Under the pieces are notes generated by a model, which searched no databases, had not been told where the DNA came from, and saw only the letters and a list, made by a program, of their open reading frames with translations. Made by a program: the position numbers and the translations under genes. From Antedon mediterranea (lineage: Eukaryota > Animalia > Echinodermata), in the NCBI RefSeq assembly GCF_964355755.1, contig NC_092670.1, positions 36,568,388 to 36,632,387 of the forward strand: 64,000 bases of DNA, written 5' to 3'. Positions 50,878 through 63,649 of this stretch are shown here, in pieces. Position 1 is the stretch's first letter, and each line of letters starts with the position of its first letter.

Positions 50878-51285
50878 GTTTTCCAATTGAACGAAACGCC
50901 GTGAGCGTAACGCATGTAATTTGACCTTTGACCAATCGTGACGTGGTAGATCAATAAACTGTCGCTTGGTCAACATACCTGCGTTGGTGCGCGTATGTAA
51001 TTGCGCTGTGTCAAGCATGGGAACAAAGTGTTACGCCTTTAATATAACGTTGATTAGTAGGCCTATACATGAAAAAATATGTTAATGAAAACGTGTATTT
51101 TTTCTTCTGTTTTTGATTTTGATATTATAAAGACGAGAGGCAAATTAAATGAAAGTAAACAACTGAGAGGCAGGCTTCCTGCGATCATTAAGCTTCGTTC
51201 ACACTAGGAAGGATTAGATGTAAGTGCAACGCATGTTGATTGGTCAACTACGTTTATTGCGTTATCTCCAAGTGGGAACCAAGAT
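50878..51285. mobile_element. Two eroded MITE family B copies (about 50878-51030 and 51191-51285)
   Basis: TTGACCAATC / TTGGTCAAC cores; TTA|AGCTTCGTTCACACTAGG ... AAGTGGGAACCAAGAT. Confidence 0.6.
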
Positions 51286-51924
51286 GTAGGTCTCTTAATT
51301 TTAGGAATAAAACACCATGCTTTCTCCCCGAGCTGCAGCTTCAAATTTGTACGCATTTAAAATCGACTAATGGACGAAGATTACGAGATACATAATTATA
51401 AACAGGTCAAGTTAACATTACGGCGACATTGATATTAACTGTAAAACCGAATTGACAGATAAATAACATGTTAAAAAAAAAAAAAAGCACTGATATATAA
51501 TATTTATACAAAACCAACTATCCGTGTTCAATGAACCGTGGAAAATTAAGTTATTGAGAAGAAATTTGTAGCTTAAGTAGAGACAAAATATAAAGATCAA
51601 GCTATTATCAAATGCTATTTATCTAAGCACCGACTGTCACGGCAGGCACTAATCGGTTTATGGATCATATTTAGCGCATAAGCTAAATACGCCTGGTATA
51701 TTAAACCTGATCATAAAATAAAGGTAAGGTTTCTTATTTATATGTTATTCGATATACTTTATGTATAGTATACTTACAATGTGAATAATGTGGAAGTTAT
51801 CGATTTAAAATGCCGTATAGTTTGTTACTGTGTGGAAGGTTGAATGTCATTTTAAAAGGAGGCAAAGGGCTTGAAAGAGCAGAATATATCCTACTGTTCT
51901 ATATTTTGTATTGTATTTAGCTAC

Positions 51925-51929
<5 letters not shown>

Positions 51930-51955
<26 letters not shown>

Positions 51956-52060
51956 TTTATTCGGCAAAAGTTCATAAAGTACATTTTACAATTCATCTTG
52001 CCAGGAGCAAGTAATAGGCATGAGCCCAAACAGAAAACTGCTCTTACTCCATCATTACTT
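51930..52060 (-). mobile_element. Probable LINE 3' tail
   Basis: Minus strand ends GAATAAATA(TTA)n after a GAGCAGTTTTCTGTTTGGGCTC...TTGCTCC stem-loop-like segment. Confidence 0.4.
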
Positions 52061-52171
52061 ATAAAATACAAAAATAACAAAACTAAGTAGCACAAATTAA
52101 GTCAAAATAAAACAAAACAAAACAAAGTTATAATGAGATACACCAATTAAAAATAAGCTGCATTGAATAAA

Positions 52172-53121
52172 CAATATTATACAGATATTGACTGCTTAGA
52201 GGTTAAATATAAGATTTGACATCCCCGAGGGAATGATATTAAGTTCGAGGGAATATATATTTCCCGAAGCGCCAGCTGAGGGAAATATATATTCCCCGAG
52301 AACTTAATATCATTCCCTAGGGGATGTCAAATCTTATATTTAACCGATATAAAAGGCAATATCTGTTATATTATATAGCCAAGAACAAGTCTGCTGGGTT
52401 GGGTGAAGCTAGGCTAGGCCTCCTATAGTATTTGTATTGTATTTAAAACAAGCCTGCCTAGACACCTTACCTTGCGAAGAATAATATACAGATAATTACT
52501 AATTGATGATTCCTTGGCAATAAAATATTCACTTAGGCCTAGGTCGTTTAAATTAACAGAAGAATTTCCATCAATAAGCCTATTAATAATAATATTATAA
52601 TCAGGTAGGCCGAATAAACAATTCGTCTTCTCTCGATCTTCGAGGAGCCGAATCACCGGATGTTCAGCGCGTACTAGTTACTAGGTTACTACCGTGAGTA
52701 TTGACCAATCACAAACGGTGTTTCATCACATTTAGGGTGGACTTATAACAAATGAGGGCGCTATGTATGCATAGCTTAAATAGTTTAGAAGATTAATTTC
52801 TTCAAGCAAATTCCGTGGCCCAGCGGATGAAACGTTGTCTTGCGATGGAGTGACAATTCCACCCGAGTTCAAGATCGAGTAGATGACTTTTGTTTATTTA
52901 TCGGCAAACTCGAGTGTTGCACACGAAAATTACACAGTCAATATCATCGTACTCGAGAATTTATATGATTAATGACAGGGGACACGATTATTACGCGAAA
53001 ATTACACAGTCAATATCATCGTTCTCGAGGATATATACGATTTACGATCCTCGCAGCAGTAGTCATGTGATGCAGTTTCAACCAATCACGTTCGCGTATT
53101 TACATAGGCTATGTAATATAA
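52172..53121. mobile_element. Crypton-like non-autonomous element with a large terminal hairpin
   Basis: About 65-bp near-perfect inverted arms (52201-52265 / 52280-52345) around CCGAAGCGCCAGCTGAGG, extending imperfectly outward. TTATATTATATAGCC (52366-52380) recurs inverted at 53107-53121. Confidence 0.6.
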
Positions 53122-53809
53122 ACAATTACAGTACAACTTAATATTTTGAGATCAAATGTTTGATGAGTTGGGCTTTAAAGTCTGAAATTGTAGCACATTG
53201 TTTAATTTCATATGGGGCTGGATGTATATCATGTCACCTACCTTCATCTACGCACCCCCCCCCCCCCCCCGCACACACACCTTCTCTCTGCTGGATCTCA
53301 TACGCACTGTCAGGGTATATAATAAACAGACTCGTAACAAACCTATAGTTTAACTTAGAATGAGTTCAGTCAAAGGTAAAATACAGTACATAACAAGTTG
53401 GATTTGGTTAAAAAGTAGTATTTCTAATTATGAGACACAGGAGGAGTGAATTGTAAGTTACTTGGATTTCATAAACACAATAATTGCGAATAGCATTTCG
53501 ACGTGTCTTTAGTCACATGTACCAATATCATTATATTACCATGCACTACCGTATATTGTGATAGAATGTATTCATATACAATGCTACAGTATAAATCGAT
53601 AATAAAATACAATAACTAGCTGTATAAATACATTATAACAACTATTTTATTTTGATTGCAAACAATGATATTGCAAATTCACATTTAATCACAGATATTT
53701 CTAGGCATTACGATCACGATCCAAGTTAATTAGTAGTGGTTTTGTGTACGCGCCGCGCGCCAACTATGTTTTTATTTAAGGTGTATGAAAAAAAGGATTT
53801 TTTATTTAT

Positions 53810-53890
53810 TCATTTATTTATTTAACAACATATTTATACAGAATAATACACAATCAAGTAGAAATAAACTTGTTTTGCACTGTGGTCCTG
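53810..53890 (-). mobile_element. Probable CR1-group LINE 3' tail
   Basis: Minus strand CAGGACCACAGTGCAAAACAAG...CTTGATTGTGTATTATTCTGTATAAATA...(AAAT)n. Confidence 0.4.
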
Positions 53891-54208
53891 TCGACAAAAA
53901 CGGATACAAATTTAAATCTTATACAATTACAATTAATAATAATAGCAACAAAAAATAACAAAAACTGGAAGTTAAATGTTATGAAAAGAAATGGGATCTG
54001 TATCTAGGAATATAATAATGATAAACCCTTCAACGCGTATACCGGTCTATATCATTGTACAGTAACGATACCACCCGGACCAGTAGTTGAACCCATTATC
54101 TCCATCCGCCATCCCACCTTGTTTATGGATACATGCAATAGAAAACTAATTGTATAAACACCATATTGGATCCAAGATGACGTAATACAGTTTAGAACCT
54201 TCCCATAC

Positions 54209-54336
54209 AGCTTGGTTCTCACTGGGACGCAACGCAAGCGAGTTGACTACACGACGGTTTGATAATCCATCGCCTGAGACTGGTCAAATTACTTACGTCC
54301 TACGTCTTTCCGTTGCCTCCTAGTGGAAATCAAGCT
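54209..54336. mobile_element. MITE family B copy
   Basis: AGCTTGGTTCTCACTGG ... CCTAGTGGAAATCAAGCT|TAA. Confidence 0.78.
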
Positions 54337-54489
54337 TAACCGGTCATTTTGTTACACATCGCGTGCAGAGTAACTGTAGGAAGTGCATATATTATAACCA
54401 TGGTTAAATGAGAGTAGGATTTGTAGCGGCGATGGCATTACAAAAAACAATTGAATGAGAACTGCTGTCAATCACGCTCTTTGAACACA

Positions 54490-54745
54490 ATGTTTCTTGC
54501 CGCGGAACTCTATAGGAAGTTGCGAATCAACTGGAGCGGGAACTGGAGGCAATATCGTATGCTCAATCTGATCGCGCGGTGCTGTCCCGACGAGACGAGT
54601 CGTCTTGAGATAGCGTCGGGCGTAGTTTTAAGGTCGTCGGGAGAAATTTAAACATGTTTAATTTTCTCCCGACAAGACGACTCGTCGGGCCTCGTCGTAC
54701 GACGGTGTCTGAGTTGGTTTTTAGAAGGCGGTTTTAGACGCGGTC
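54490..54745. mobile_element. GC-rich palindromic interior of a Harbinger-like element (termini not seen)
   Basis: CCCGACGAGACGAGTCGTCTTG...GTCGGGAGAAATTTAAACATGTTTAATTTTCTCCCCGACAAGACGACTCGTCGGG: nested inverted repeats centred on AAACATGTTT. Confidence 0.55.
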
Positions 54746-55222
54746 TGTGCATTGGCAGCGGCAAGATACATTGTACGGTAAATGTTAGATTTTACAAACC
54801 TTCCCTCTCATTATTCCCATGCTATATTCCAAGTATGCTCTATCTTAAAAATGTAAATGAAAATACTTTTAACGTGTGTGACTGAATAATAAAAAAACGT
54901 GGTTGGCATACATTCAACGAATTTTTTAATTTTACAATTAAGTACTGTATTAAATATTAAATCTAACCGTGATAACATTTGTTTTATATATCAATACTGT
55001 CCTAATAAAAAATTCAATATGATATTACTAAGTGATTTTATTTTAGAAATATATATATGTGTAGTAAGTTCTTTATCGTTTATCGATTTCTATTAATCTG
55101 ATTCACGAAGCATGCATTACTCAATATTAACTATTCTAACAAATATACATAATATTTAAACATAAATTGTATATACATGTTAATGTTATAAATTTTAATC
55201 ATCATATCAACAGCAATATTAA

Positions 55223-55376
55223 TGCTTGGTTCCCGGCCACGCAAGGACGTAACGCAACGTATGGGATTTGACCAATCACAAGCGAGGGATTTATTCGACA
55301 TTCACTTATCATTGGTCAACAAGCTTGCGTTGCGCTTACGTCGTCATTTGCGTTGCGTCATAGTGAGAACCAAGCT
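55223..55376. mobile_element. MITE family B copy
   Basis: TAA|TGCTTGGTTCCC ... TAGTGAGAACCAAGCT|TAA with a palindromic interior. Confidence 0.82.
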
Positions 55377-55518
55377 TAAGTTACGATTTCATTAATATCA
55401 TACGCAAAATCCTCGTCACCAAAAAGTTAAAAGCTAAAGCTACTAGGAAACTTTTTCTCTTATGTCATTAAACTATTTAGTTTTAACAATGTAGAGCTAA
55501 AATGATGTGTGGATTTAA

Positions 55519-55549
<31 letters not shown>

Positions 55550-55639
55550 ATATATGTTAAAACATATATGTTGAAACGCCAAAAAGAATATATTTAGCCG
55601 ATATTTTGGTTTAAAACGGTTGTTTTCCTTATTTTCCCC

Positions 55640-56010
55640 TTAAGGTCAGCATTTACACACTTTCCTCTTAAGGCGCCTACTTATGTACTTATTATTATTA
55701 GGTCAGTTATGGAGTATGCTGATGTAGTATAGCATTCTGGCTTGGCCAGTAGATTAAGTGAATGTATTGAAAATGTGGAAAAGTGGGCTTGACGAATTAT
55801 TTTAAGTAATTGTTACTTTTTATTCTGTGAAGGGTAAGAGCCTTGTCTTTCCAAAATGAAACAGAATGCTGATCTTATTCCACCGACTAGATTTAGTTGT
55901 CATGGTAGGAATTTAAGAAATAAAAACAAAATTACCAAACTAGTCACTAAAACAGCTAGATTTGCTAATAGTCCAATATTATTCTACATCGAATTATTAA
56001 ATTTTAATCC
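55640..56010 (+). mobile_element. Decayed CR1-group LINE ORF2 C-terminal fragment
   Basis: Translates RSVMEYADVV*HSGLASRLSECIENVEKWA*RIIL and LIPP.R...GRNLRN.....TKTARFANSPI, typical of the post-RT region of CR1-group elements. Confidence 0.78.
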
Positions 56011-56922
56011 ATTTTTTACTTTCCACTGCTTTTGCTTTTTTACCTTAATTCGTATACATTTTCATGCAATATGTTTACTTGCAATTGGGCCATTTGGCAA
56101 CGAGATGTAAAGGTGCTCAGTATTTTTCTTTCTTTTTTTGGAATTAAAGAGAATAATGTAAGATGATCCCATCAAAATCAAACTCCATGGATATTAATTT
56201 TGTTGTCAAATAGTAATAGTAATAATATTATAGACCACTGTGGCTATAATGAAAAACTAAGGTTCCTACTATTACTATGCTAGTCAAAAGGACAATAAAA
56301 TGGTAAAAACATAGGCGGAGGCAATTATAGGAAAAGTGGGCGATACCCAAAAGCAAACGCTATGGGTCGTTACCCAGCATGGCATGTCATCTATACTAGC
56401 CTGGATATCCTAGTTTGATTTGTTTTTCTTATTTCGTATTCATATATATATTCATTAGTAAATGTAATTAGCCTAAAGCTATGTATTTTAATGGTTCTGC
56501 TTTTAAATGCAAGAACGCTTACCAGGAACAAATCTATACAAATTTATTAACATCTATAAATGTAGGTATTAGTGACATGTATTTGCTACAGAAATGATTT
56601 TTGCGTAAAATTTTCAAACTATGTTTTTCACAAGAATTAAATTAAAAAAAATATATTTTTTAAATAAGTATTGACAAATAAAAAAAAAGAATTATTGCTG
56701 TGTTATTTTAGCAGCTTTTAAAATTATGGACAGTCATTTAACCTCCCGTTACGCTTCATTGCTTCTCAGATCCGAAAGTTCATTGTTTGTCTGCAAAGCA
56801 TTGGCCTAAGATAACTAGGCTAACTTTACGGCTTTCGTTCTCTGCTGTTGAAATCGATTATTTCAGGTGATGATAGATGACTGCGGATTCACCAACCCCC
56901 TCCCCAAGTATTATGACGACCT

Positions 56923-57420
56923 GCAGCTCTAGTTTTCAAAATGTTTTTAGCTCAGCTCAGTTCAGCCCCAACCATAGTGTTGGTCCTTGATATACATTTG
57001 GTTTCATATTTCGAAGTATAATAAGTGCATTTTTCGAGGACGACCGAACAGCTCTTTTTTTTCAAAATTGTCTTACCCCTCAGCCAGACAGGAGACTGGA
57101 GGGCTGGTTTTGGCGATCGACTTATACATTTTGTTCATATTTCGAAATTTAATAAGTCAAATTTCCGGACCTAGCAACACTATTTTTTCAAAATGTTCTT
57201 AGCTCCACCCCAACCATGGTGGGCTAGTCCTGTAGAATTATATCATTTTCTTTCAATCTAAACTGCAATTTCTAGGGATCAGTCCTAGCAGCTGTATTTT
57301 TCAAATAGCTCAGCTTTTGTCTTAGCTTAGCAACAACCACGGTAGGGTTGGTTCTGCTGGAGATTTATAATTTCGCTTCATATATCAATGTATAAGTGCA
57401 ATTTCCAGGCAACAGCTCTA
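56923..57420. repeat. Old tandem repeat, ~120-130-bp unit, about four copies
   Basis: Recurring CAGCT..TTTTCAAAAT..CTTAGCTC..CCCAACCA.GGT...TTCATAT.TC.A..T.TAAGTGCA.TTTC. Confidence 0.65.
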
Positions 57421-57492
57421 TAGCAGTGGTTTTCCCGCATTTAGAATATTCGCGGGTACAATAAAAAAAAAAAAAATTAACGTGCGCGTTTA

Positions 57493-57868
57493 AACCGGTT
57501 TTCCACTAGGCGAATTTGTTCGCGCGAATCGAAAGCGTCATGCTATGCGCATGCGTATTCGAGTTTCTGTCTGTCATACTCCCTTCTTCGACGAATTCTA
57601 GTTCCTTTGATTTTTCGCTTCAGCGAAATTTACTAGTTCGAATTTTTTCTCCTTTTTGCGAAGCGAAATATTGCGCAACCAATCGGAGATCAGGAAATGA
57701 ACTATGACGCTTTCATGAGCACTCATGCGAATCGAAATGCTCAGCAACCACGCGAGGAACATGAACGTCGCAGCTATTCGCTCATGTAGTGGAAAAAGAG
57801 TAGGCGATTTTTTTTATCTTCGAAACGTTGGATTCGCGCGAACAAATTCGCCTAGTGGAAAATCGGCT
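57493..57868 (+). mobile_element. Harbinger-like MITE family A, second copy
   Basis: TTA|AACCGGTTTTCCACTAGGCGAA ... TTCGCCTAGTGGAAAATCGGCT|TTA; 376 bp. Confidence 0.9.
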
Positions 57869-58584
57869 TTAAGTACGCTTATGGTTCGGTTTGATATACA
57901 CGCGTGCTTGTCCTGGGCGTTAGGCCTACTAGCGAATTAAAGCACTGCAGAAAGCTAATACATTAATGCTGTCAAACTACCATCAGTTTACATAACACAT
58001 TAACAGCATAATTAATTTGACATAAATCACACATACAGAGTATGTGTTGAAGAAACAGCAAACGAAAATCACGGGACTGTAACGTCACACGCGCTGGTCA
58101 CGCATCACTGCTCATAAGTCGAACGAGTCAACGAACCACAGCGAAGTTTCATTACAAATAACGAACGTCAAAATACATTACAGCCTATTGCTGATAGAAG
58201 ATATAATGCATACACACATATAGAAAACGAGGCAGTCACTTCACGAAAGAAAATTACAGTATTACACTAAGTTGTATAAGTCCACGATACAAAGGTAAGA
58301 GTAGAGCCTACACATATTTTATTTTTCCATAGTTATTTGAATAAATTGAAATCAAATAATTGTATATATGCACGATAAGTTATCTGTGTTAGGAATGACA
58401 CTGTGATTATTACACATGTTACCAAACATCAAAAGGAGACAGTTTATTGTATTAATCAATTACGCTGTTATCGCTGCTTCCGTATTAGGACGATGCTCGG
58501 ATGTTCGAACCTAATTAGCGAATTTGTAAATTTATTATCGTGAACATAAGTCACTTAATATCGCACAACCTTGAGTGGCTAATA

Positions 58585-58877
58585 CAGTGGCCTACGTAAG
58601 AACACCTCTTAAGAGGACACATTCGGGATCAAACGAAGTTTCGCCTTAATTATGGAGTGCCCCCCCCCCCCCCCTCCCACCCGAATAGGGGTTGGTGTAG
58701 TGTTAAAACGTATATTCTTACGTTCCTTTCACGAGAAAATGTCCTCTAGAGGACTGGTGTCCCCTGAATAGGGGTTGGTGTAGTGTTAAAACGTATTCTT
58801 CTACGTTACTTTACGAGAAAGTTTCCTCTATACTGGTGTTCCCTGAATAAGGCTGTCCTAAAGGAGAGGCTCTATTG
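58585..58877. mobile_element. Tc1/pogo (Tigger-like) MITE
   Basis: TA|CAGTGG...CCTCTTAAGAGGACAC ... TGTCCTAAAGGAGAGGCTCTATTG|TA, with an internal duplication of GAATAGGGGTTGGTGTAGTGTTAAAACGTA. Confidence 0.65.
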
Positions 58878-58890
58878 TAAAGGGGAGGCG

Positions 58891-59113
58891 CTAGTGTAAC
58901 ACTTTTTTGTTCATAAGAAATATTTGCAAAATCTAACTCAGTAAAAACAAATAATTAGTATTTCTAGTGTAACATTTTTTTTGTTCATAAGAAATATTTG
59001 CAAAATCTAACTCAGTAAAAACAAATAATTAGTATTTCTAGTTTAACACTTTTTTTGTTCATAAGAAATATTAGCAAAATCTACTAACTCAGTAAAAACA
59101 AATAAATAGTATT
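58891..59113. repeat. Tandem repeat, ~73-bp unit, three copies
   Basis: CTAGTGTAACACTTTTTTGTTCATAAGAAATATTTGCAAAATCTAACTCAGTAAAAACAAATAATTAGTATTT starting at 58891, 58964 and 59038. Confidence 0.9.
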
Positions 59114-61190
59114 ATTTTTTCCTCCATGGTAAAAACAGGTTGGGTTACCTTAAACTGAAGCTATGAAATGGAAATAATATTTTACTACTTGTGAGTAATT
59201 CTATGTTTCACCTTGATCATAATTATGTACATGTGTTATAATGCATATGCTTGATTGAATATTTTATTTTTCATTGATTTAAATAATTTATTCGAATCGA
59301 CGTCTTCGTCAAATGTGCTAATGCTAGAAATGATAGAAAAACTAAACCAGGAAAAATATGCATTGATTTGAAACGAGCCTAATTAAAGTTATTTTAATAA
59401 TTTAAAAATTATATATGTTAGGCCTATAGTGTCCTAGTAGTGTCAGCGAAAAATGTTAATGTGATCTGACGTCAATTTTCCTCGCATATTATTCATTGTC
59501 TTAGTACACTATAAAATAATGCGTTCACATATCAACAGAAACTACACTTTAAAACAGCGATACACTTCGGTATTATAGGCACTTTTAGTGACTTATCAAA
59601 TACAGCAGTATAGCTCTTAAATTCTTACTAAAAAGTTTTAACTAAAATATGTACAATAGTCAATTATAAAACTCCTAGACTGGAAACACAAATTATGTAA
59701 TTGGACATGTTAATGTATAAGTAGTCTAACGGTGAACAGTTTAAGTTCTTAACTCTTCTCAATCGGTAGCATCAAAAGCAACATCACTGTAATTACCTGC
59801 GTAAACCATAAATAAATACAGTAAATAATATATATCCTTGAAATTGTTTATTATTATGAATTATATTCATCATAATTTCACAGATTGATTTATTTTAAAA
59901 TAACTGTCGTCGTTGTATTTAATTGATTTCGGATGATAGCTACTGGCCGGTCAGTTTATGTTAAATCGATTGCAATAATAAATGTTGAATTTTAATGAGA
60001 TTGTTTACATAATGATTATTGAGATCTATCGATTTTATATCAAAATAAAATACTTTATATTGAATTAATTGTAGATGTTTTAATGAACTGTCATAATTTG
60101 AACTGTCATAATACGTCAAAAATGTATATATAACTACTTAACTACGGTATTGAATCTTTAAATAACTGTCAAGTTTATTCTGCTAAGCATCGTGCAATGA
60201 AAATAATGAAACATTTGATAAAAAAAGAATAATATTCTTATATCTTATATAATAATTATGTCTGATGGGAAGGAATCATTGGTTGTTTTCTTAAAGATGC
60301 TAAATCTGTAATTTATTTGTTGAAATAATTTCATCTGGCTTCTGCAGTCTAATAAGCTGCAGTTAAGTGTACGTAAGACCAAAAAAAAATCAATACGTAG
60401 TTGTAACGTAAACCATCAGTCAGTTCCTGATGAAGATCTGGTGACGTCACAAGTATGTCACTTTATATTTGTTTTGACTTCCGTACAATCCACTTCCACT
60501 TATACATAATGTATTTTTTGAAATATTACATCAACACTAATTAGGCTACTTTTATACAAAAAATTAAATATAATATACAAAAGTTTCAAAATAATAACTA
60601 AAATAATTAAATTGTAAATAAACTAGACCTTTGAGAAAATTATCTTTGTTATGGTAATGTGTGATTTGATACCGCCAAGGTAATACTAAACACGGTATTC
60701 AATGTCTTTGTATAGACCAGCATAACACCTTATTGTCCATGATAGGATTTAGTATCAACGACTGATTACCTACATTGGTAGATTTTTTAATAGGATATAT
60801 TGACAAAATAATTAATAAAAAAGATACAATATCTCTTTAGAAAAATAATTTTTCAAATTAATGAACCATTATTTATATTCCTGATATACATTTTTATTGT
60901 CATTAGTAAATACATAAAAAACATTTTCATTCAGATTCAGATTTAGATAACATTTATTTAGATAATAATGAATGAACATATACAAAATAGAAAAAAGATA
61001 TTAAAGTGAATTTAAACGGTTTCGGCTAACAACAAATAAATAGATGTATTTTTCAAATTTGTTGTTTTTTAATAGGCTTTTATACCATTTTAATGTCAAA
61101 TAATAGTTATTCACTTTTACCATGGAATATCGTATGTTGAGATGCATTAAAGAGAATGAGTGTGTACAAAAACAAGAAAATACACTTTTA

Positions 61191-61312
61191 AGCTCTGTCT
61201 AAGTTTGATGTGCCCAAATAATATAGTAGTGATATGCCCAGATATGGTAATGATATGACATCATCATATCCATATGGGCATATCACATTTTGTTGTTACA
61301 AAAAGTGTGACT
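61191..61312. mobile_element. Eroded MITE family C copy
   Basis: TTA|AGCTCTGTCT...GATGTGCCCAAAT...GATATGACATCATCATATCCATATGGGCA. A further remnant lies at about 63465-63540. Confidence 0.7.
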
Positions 61313-62335
61313 GGGCTTTACGCCATTGGATCTTTGATAAACTTTCGAAAGTCAGAATTTGTATTGGCATTAAAGCCACATTGTGGTTTGCCAACTTTAA
61401 ATTATCAAGAAGTAGTATATTATGAAAAAAAAAACAAGCTCTCAACCTTATCAGACATTTGTAATGGTAGATACCCAACGTAAAGTTAATGAAAGAAGAA
61501 CACTAGTGCTTCGCAGATTACGCCTGGTGTACCAAGCAATCTCCCTTGCTCGTACATACTGCCGTGTCTCCTTCACAGATCACAGATAGTCGCGATATGC
61601 AAATGAGTTTGTAATTTTTGTTTCAACAGTAAATCTGACAAGGTAGTAGTCACAATTATGCAAATGAATTCGTAGTGCATTTCGAGAGCAAAACTGGGAA
61701 TCCGATAGATCATTTAAACTTCATACTTCGGAGTATTAGTTTTCTCACCTAAAAGAGGCGCAGTCGAATGTGTCTAATGTTATAAAACTATGCATGATAC
61801 TTTTCAGCATCGTCGCATATCTCATGCTAACAGCGATATGTCCGGGTACAATTAATAGTTGACAAAGCACTTTACATTTATATTGTAGGATAAAATCTTT
61901 TCAGACTTTTTTCCATCGACTATAATTATGTGGCGCAAAGGATTGTGTTGTGTAACATGTCGTAACATCGACAGAAACTGATTTCATGACGGAAACACTG
62001 AATTTTATTCGTTTTTTTAATTTAAATGTTGTTTTTTAGTTGTTGTGTTTTTTATCTGCCTTTCATCTTCGTCTCAAATGGTTACTTAATAAACACAGTC
62101 GTATACATTCTGGAAATTCTTATTCCTTAATTGATCTGTATCACTGTATGGACGTGTCGTGCTGCAGATAATACCGCAGTTAAAAACAAGATTTTCTTTC
62201 CTTCTTTCGTCGATTGCGCCTTATACAAAACATGATGTTTGTATCGAAACGGAAAACTGTACCGTAGATACAATCAATATGATACGGAAGTGATAATGAT
62301 ATAATAGGAGGACACATTCGGATGTTTCTTGGTTA

Positions 62336-62695
62336 AGCTTGGTTCCCACTAGAACGTAACGCAAGGACGTAAACGCAACGCAAGCGTTTTAACCAATGAC
62401 AAGCGAAGTTATAGACAGTTAAGCGTGGTTCCCACTAGAAGGTAACGAAAGGACGTAAACGCAACGCAAGCGTTTTAACCAATGGAAAGCGAAGTTATAG
62501 ACAGTTAGCAATCACAAGCGAATAAGCCATCGCTTGTGATTGGTCAATTCACTTGCGTTGCGTTACGTCCTTGTGTTGCGTCGCTAGTGGGAACCACGCT
62601 TAAGCTTGGTTCCCACTAGAACGTAGACGTAGACGCAACGCAATCATGTTCACCAGACAGTTCTAATATCCATCGCTTGTGATTGGTCAAATTAT
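62336..62695. mobile_element. Cluster of three MITE family B copies (one complete at 62422-62600)
   Basis: AGCTTGGTTCCCACTAG at 62336 and 62603; AGCGTGGTTCCCACTAG ... CTAGTGGGAACCACGCT with TTA/TAA flanks. Confidence 0.88.
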
Positions 62696-63649
62696 GACGG
62701 TAACTGTACCACTAAGTATGTTTATGCATTATGCTACATTTCTATCAACACAGCTGTCCATTTTGTATACTGATTGTACTATGTTTATGTTGAGTTGATA
62801 TGTATACCATAGGCTAATTAATTCTATAAAACAGATAGTGGTCTGCTAATTCAATTGAACCATCACAGACGGTGTAAAGAGCCAGTGTCAATATACATGG
62901 TATGATCAAATTATTTTACACAACATTGATACCAACCATATCATAAGTATATAATTATATTTTATTATACATATAAAGTTACATCGGAATATGCTTTCCT
63001 ATGCTAACTGATAGCCTACTTAGAAAGAAAATATTACGTTAGGTCTATAAGTAATTGTAAACACTACAAATAATGCAGATTGCTTAAAGATTCTTGTCGA
63101 AAGAGTATGTAAACTGGAGTCCAGGTTCAAAGATGGCGATCCAGTTTAATATTGGTCAAAAAGATTTTGTTACATTTGGCGTGTCATACGTATAGCAATA
63201 TGACATAACTAGATACTTGGGGCAGTCTTCCACTAACATTGTCAGTCAGTGCTATAGTTAATGCTGGAAAAAATCATGCAGGGAAGACTTTGATATGCTG
63301 TTCTTTATCTTCTCGTTTGAAATATACTGTAGCAGTATATAGTACGGTACGTTCTATAAATAGTTTGAAATAAAAACGTTACGCCCTGTGCTCTTATTAT
63401 TATTATAGTATTGATAATAACACTCATAAGGCAGACTTATTGTCGCATGAATCATATTATCAGTAAACCTTTGCGACAAAAAAAAATGTGATGTGCCCAT
63501 ATATGGTCACGATTACGTCATCTCTACCATATTTGGCACTTTTGTCATTTGATTACTCCGAGATAATGTGATGGTTGTTTGCCAGGATTCACTATAAGCT
63601 TTTAAAAATACATTACTTGTCGAATTAGGACGTTCACACGTGTCATGAA

